The notes below the pieces were generated by a model. It had not been told where the DNA came from, did no database searches, and saw only the letters and a program-made list of their open reading frames with translations. The translations under genes and the position numbers were made by a program. A stretch of DNA of 64,000 bases from Octopus sinensis. Its lineage: Eukaryota. How positions within the stretch are numbered: the first letter of the stretch is position 1; each line of letters opens with the position of its first letter. Where the stretch lies: the NCBI RefSeq assembly GCF_006345805.1, contig NC_043005.1, forward strand, positions 14,756,001 through 14,820,000, in the 5' to 3' direction. Below are positions 60,128 to 64,000 of the stretch, one piece after another.

Positions 60128-60371
60128 GTAATTGAAGTTTATATTTGCTCTTTAACTTTATCCTTCACTTTACCTTAATAAGGGATGGCAATTTTCATTC
60201 CAGATTTGTTCTTTTTGTTTATAATTCTTCTTTTTTGCATTTGGGACTATCATTCTGCCAATGTTGCAGGGAATTTCATGTATATATTTATTAGAATTTC
60301 AAGTGGGAGAAGGGCTTAGGTATTTGAAATTATCTTGTATAATTCATCCCTTCACCTCTCAAAAAATTTTT

Positions 60372-60630
60372 CTTGCGTGGTAAGAAGTTTGCTTTCCAAC
60401 CCCATGGTTCCAGGTTCAGTCCCACTGTGGCGCCTTGGGCAAGTGTCTCCTACTATAGCTGTAAGGTGACCAAGCCTTGTGAATGGTTTTGATAGATGAG
60501 AATCGAAAGAAGCCTGTTGTGTGTATGGCTTTGTATTTGTCCACCACCACTTGACAGCTGGTGCTGAAGGGTTTACATCCCTGTTACCTAGCAGTTCAGA
60601 AAAAGAGACTGACAAGATAAATACCAAGTT
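60372..60630 (+). mobile_element. CORE-like tRNA SINE (decayed)
   Basis: Same family; another copy at 60821-61140 (-). Confidence 0.75.
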
Positions 60631-61799
60631 TTAAAAAATCAAAAGTGACAATAATAATAAGTACTTTCTTAATATATAAAGCAGAGTTTGTGTGTGCGCA
60701 CACGTATGTTCCTTATGCATCTAAAAACTTAGTTGCTGATTTTGACGTATGGGGTATCAAAAGATTCAGTAATCTTTCGGCTACCAAATAAACTTTATTT
60801 TCATTTGCATATTTGCATTACTCTTTTACTTGTTTCAGTCATTTGACTGTGGCCGTGCTGGAACACCGACTTTAGTTGAGCAAATCGACTCCTGGACTTA
60901 TTCTTTGTAAGCCTAGTACTTATTCTATTGATCTCTGGTTGTCAAGCGATGTTGGTGGGGTACAAACATATATATATATGATGGGCTTCTTTCAGTTTCT
61001 GTCTACCAAATCCACTCACAAGGCTTTGGTCGGCCTGAGACTATAGTAGAAGACACTTGCCCAAGGTGCCACGCAGTGGGACTGAACCTGGAACCATGTG
61101 GTTCGTAAGCAAGCTACTTACCACACAGCCACTCCTACGCTTACAAAAATTTAACGTGTGAATGTATGTGATGATATATGTGTGTGTGTGAATACATACA
61201 TTTTTGTGGTGACTGACACCACATAACTTGACACTAAAACTGGATGCTTCCATTATGTTGCTTAGGAATCTTGACCCATCTCGCCTGTGTAATTGAACTT
61301 GCTTAATTGTTACTTCCATGAAGCTTCATGTCTTACAAGCAACAATCATAACAGGTAGTCACAAAGGAGGAAATGTCTTTATTCCCAAAATTCCTCTCGT
61401 ACCTACAGATGCTCCATTTGAATTTAAGACGCTTTAGTTTCCAGTTAGACTAAGTTTTGATATTTCAATTAAGAAATCTCAGGGCCAATCCCTCAGGGTA
61501 GTTGGACTTGATCTCTCTCTCTACTACATGCTTCTCTCCGTGACTTGGAAGCAGCAACAATTTATTCATTTCAACACCAACAAAAAAATTTCTCAATGAA
61601 TATTGTTTACCCTGAGGTACTTCAACATCAACATATTTTCTGTTTGAAATTCTATTATCATTACAATTTGGATATTTTAAAATAAAATATAGATATTTGG
61701 AAATAATTTTAAGAACATATCTTTATATTTATTATTTACTAATCTGAATAAGAACAGCAGTAACCCCAGCAATGCAGGGTCATTCAACTGGTATACTTA

Positions 61800-61803
61800 G
61801 CTA

Positions 61804-61840
<37 letters not shown>

Positions 61841-61893
61841 ATTTCTGTCTATATGTATCTATATATATATGTATCTGTATATATATATATATA

Positions 61894-61942
<49 letters not shown>

Positions 61943-61950
61943 CTATATCT
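61800..61950. repeat. Long interrupted (TA)n microsatellite
   Basis: Direct reading. Confidence 0.95.
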
Positions 61951-62137
61951 ATCAATCATGAGCTAAGGGAAATAACCCAAATGTACTATTGCCATGAATT
62001 TAGATAAGCCGATTTACTGATAAATTTATTTACATTTTGTTCCACCTTTCAAATTATTTTAATTTATCCTTTGCCTTTGTAAATGCTTACATGTTCTCAT
62101 GCATTCATTTCTTTTTTCTTTCTCTTATTCTCCCCAG

Positions 62138-62269
62138 ACTCACCAATATGGGCAACACCTGTTATTTAAATGCAATCCTGCAGTCTCTTTTTAGTCTAGA
62201 GACTTTTGCCACAGAGTTGTTATTTATTAACTGTAAAGTATCAAAAGTAAACCCCAGTTCTTTGCACAG
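62138..62269 (+). CDS. USP37: USP37-like exon with USP catalytic Cys box (GLTNMGNTCYLNAILQSLFSLETFATELL)
   Basis: Matches the recalled USP37 GFSNLGNTCYMNAILQSLFSLQSFANDLL; ccccag acceptor, AG|gtaacc donor; the gene continues beyond the window. Confidence 0.95.
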
Positions 62270-62306
62270 GTAACCGACTTTTTCTGCATCTACCTTTTAT
62301 TTGTAA

Positions 62307-62742
62307 CTAGCAGTATCACCCGGCGTTGCTCGGGTTTGTAAGGGAAATAACTATATAAGCATTTTTAGAGATGTAAAGTATAATAGCCATCTCAATATGG
62401 CTAACCACAAAGGGGGGGGGTGTTACTGTAGCTTTTTACGTTCTGAGATTTAATAATAAATTTTTAGAGAGTTACTTCCCTTATATGTGCCAAAAATTCA
62501 TTAAAAATGGGAAACATTGATGGTAAATTTTTTTTTAAATCGTTGACTCATCGTAGATGCGCGCTAATACCCAGAAGGGCTCGATATGAATCACGACTAT
62601 AAGATACCCGCTTTTGGTTAAACTGCACTGCAAAATGTGGGAGTAGTTAGGAATCTAAATCGTAGGAGACAGACACCACACAACCTCATCATCATCATTT
62701 AGCGTCCGTTTTCCATGCTAGCATGGGTTACTTTTATATATT
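62307..62742 (-). mobile_element. Non-autonomous Helitron (family of 6121-6522) with a ~42-bp RTE tail insert at 62689-62730
   Basis: CTAG end, cccggcgttgctcggg hairpin, body homologous to 6121-6522. Confidence 0.88.
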
Positions 62743-64000
62743 TGTAATAAGAAAGAATATTGTCTGTGAACCTGTGTGTGTATACACATATGGCCAGCTC
62801 CTGTTAAACCATCCAACCCATGCCAGCATGGAAAACGGATGTTAAATGATGATGATCACGGCAGTAGTTCTTAATCTTTTTTTTTTTTTTTTTTGTAGCA
62901 CCCACCTAAGTCACAAGTGAGGTATCACAGCTAGACTAACTTAATGTGAATGATAATTTAAAATTTTTTACTCTAAAATTGGATTGTATAAGTTTTTAAC
63001 AGTGAAACGAGAGAAAAATTAGTAAAGACAAAAGTTGAAATTTATTTTATACATTGCAAGATAATGACTTCCTTGTGCCTGATGAGATTTCATTTCATTT
63101 TGATAACCATTACTGGTTTTATCATGTATAATATAATTACTACTATAGGTAAAATATATGTTAATTACTTCACTATTCCCTTCAACATGCCCAATGTCTC
63201 TTTGGGTATAGTACCACTTACATTGAGAACCTCTGGTATATGATACATCCCCCACTCCCAGATAAAATCTCAAAAAAGTCACCCTAGGTCCTGTATGTGA
63301 AGTTGGACTTCCTATAAGCTAGTTTTGACCCTCATGCTCACTGCTACAGCCTTATTTTAATCAAGATGATCACCAGTACCAACTGATTCGTTGACACTAC
63401 AAATTAATGTTTTCTGCTTTATCTAAGGTACTAATGCTTTCTAATGTACCACTAGATTGATTTAAATGTTACATGCTGTAATGCACTGAAGGCTTTTTTC
63501 CCTTGTATTTGTGCTGTTGATATTGGGGTGTGATAATTCTGTTCAGATTAATTTCTTATTCTTTGCTTGATTCAAATTAAAATCTACCCACAAAATTTCA
63601 TGTTTATGTTTGAAACATCTGCTTAATATAGATAAAATTGTTTTACTAAATACTTCATTGTTTTTAAAGTTATTTGGAACAAAACAGGGTATTTTAACAG
63701 ATAATGGTAAAAAAACGGTTAACGATGGCGAATTGGCATTAGCTTACTGCTGGATCAAGTACTTTAGTGTTTTGAGTTCTAGCTCTCGTTTGTCTCGTCT
63801 GAGTTCAAATCTGGCCAGGATTAATAGAACTATTTGTGATAATGCACTTTAGTTAGTTTAGTCACTTGGGCAATCCCTTCCCCTAGAATGTTGAGTTGGC
63901 TGGGTGAAAAAAAAGTTAGTTACCTTCTTGAGTTTTGCTGACTTGTAAGGGCCAGTTTCCTGGTTTCCATGGCTTAAATATTCTCCACCTGGATGGGACA

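Overview
AT-rich, microsatellite- and repeat-dense animal genomic DNA; the repeat complement looks like Octopus (inference). Two intron-rich + strand genes are supported. (1) An unidentified gene with frame-consistent exons at 2392-2624, 6638-6731 and 13875-~14110/14216. (2) A USP37-like deubiquitinase (USP26/29/37 family): a probable CCAAT/E-box/E2F promoter at ~28.6-28.85 kb and six coding exons from 48294 to 62269, continuing past the window. The rest is mostly mobile DNA: one CR1-group LINE with an intact 993-aa ORF2, many decayed RTE LINEs and their (GAT)n-tailed 3' UTRs, Penelope GIY-YIG relics, mariner relics, piggyBac-type TTAA MITEs, non-autonomous Helitrons and several tRNA-derived SINE families. 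Almost all other ORFs in the six-frame track are repeat-derived. Most unusual observations: a tRNA-headed element carrying a decayed hammerhead ribozyme; a 558-bp terminally redundant unit with a hammerhead-like core; a ~930-bp palindrome split by ~4 kb of later insertions in a (TA)n tract; several local templated duplications; and a USP37 exon with four in-frame stops in a segment that looks unpolished. Repeat boundaries were read by eye (about +/-20 bp). No searches were run.
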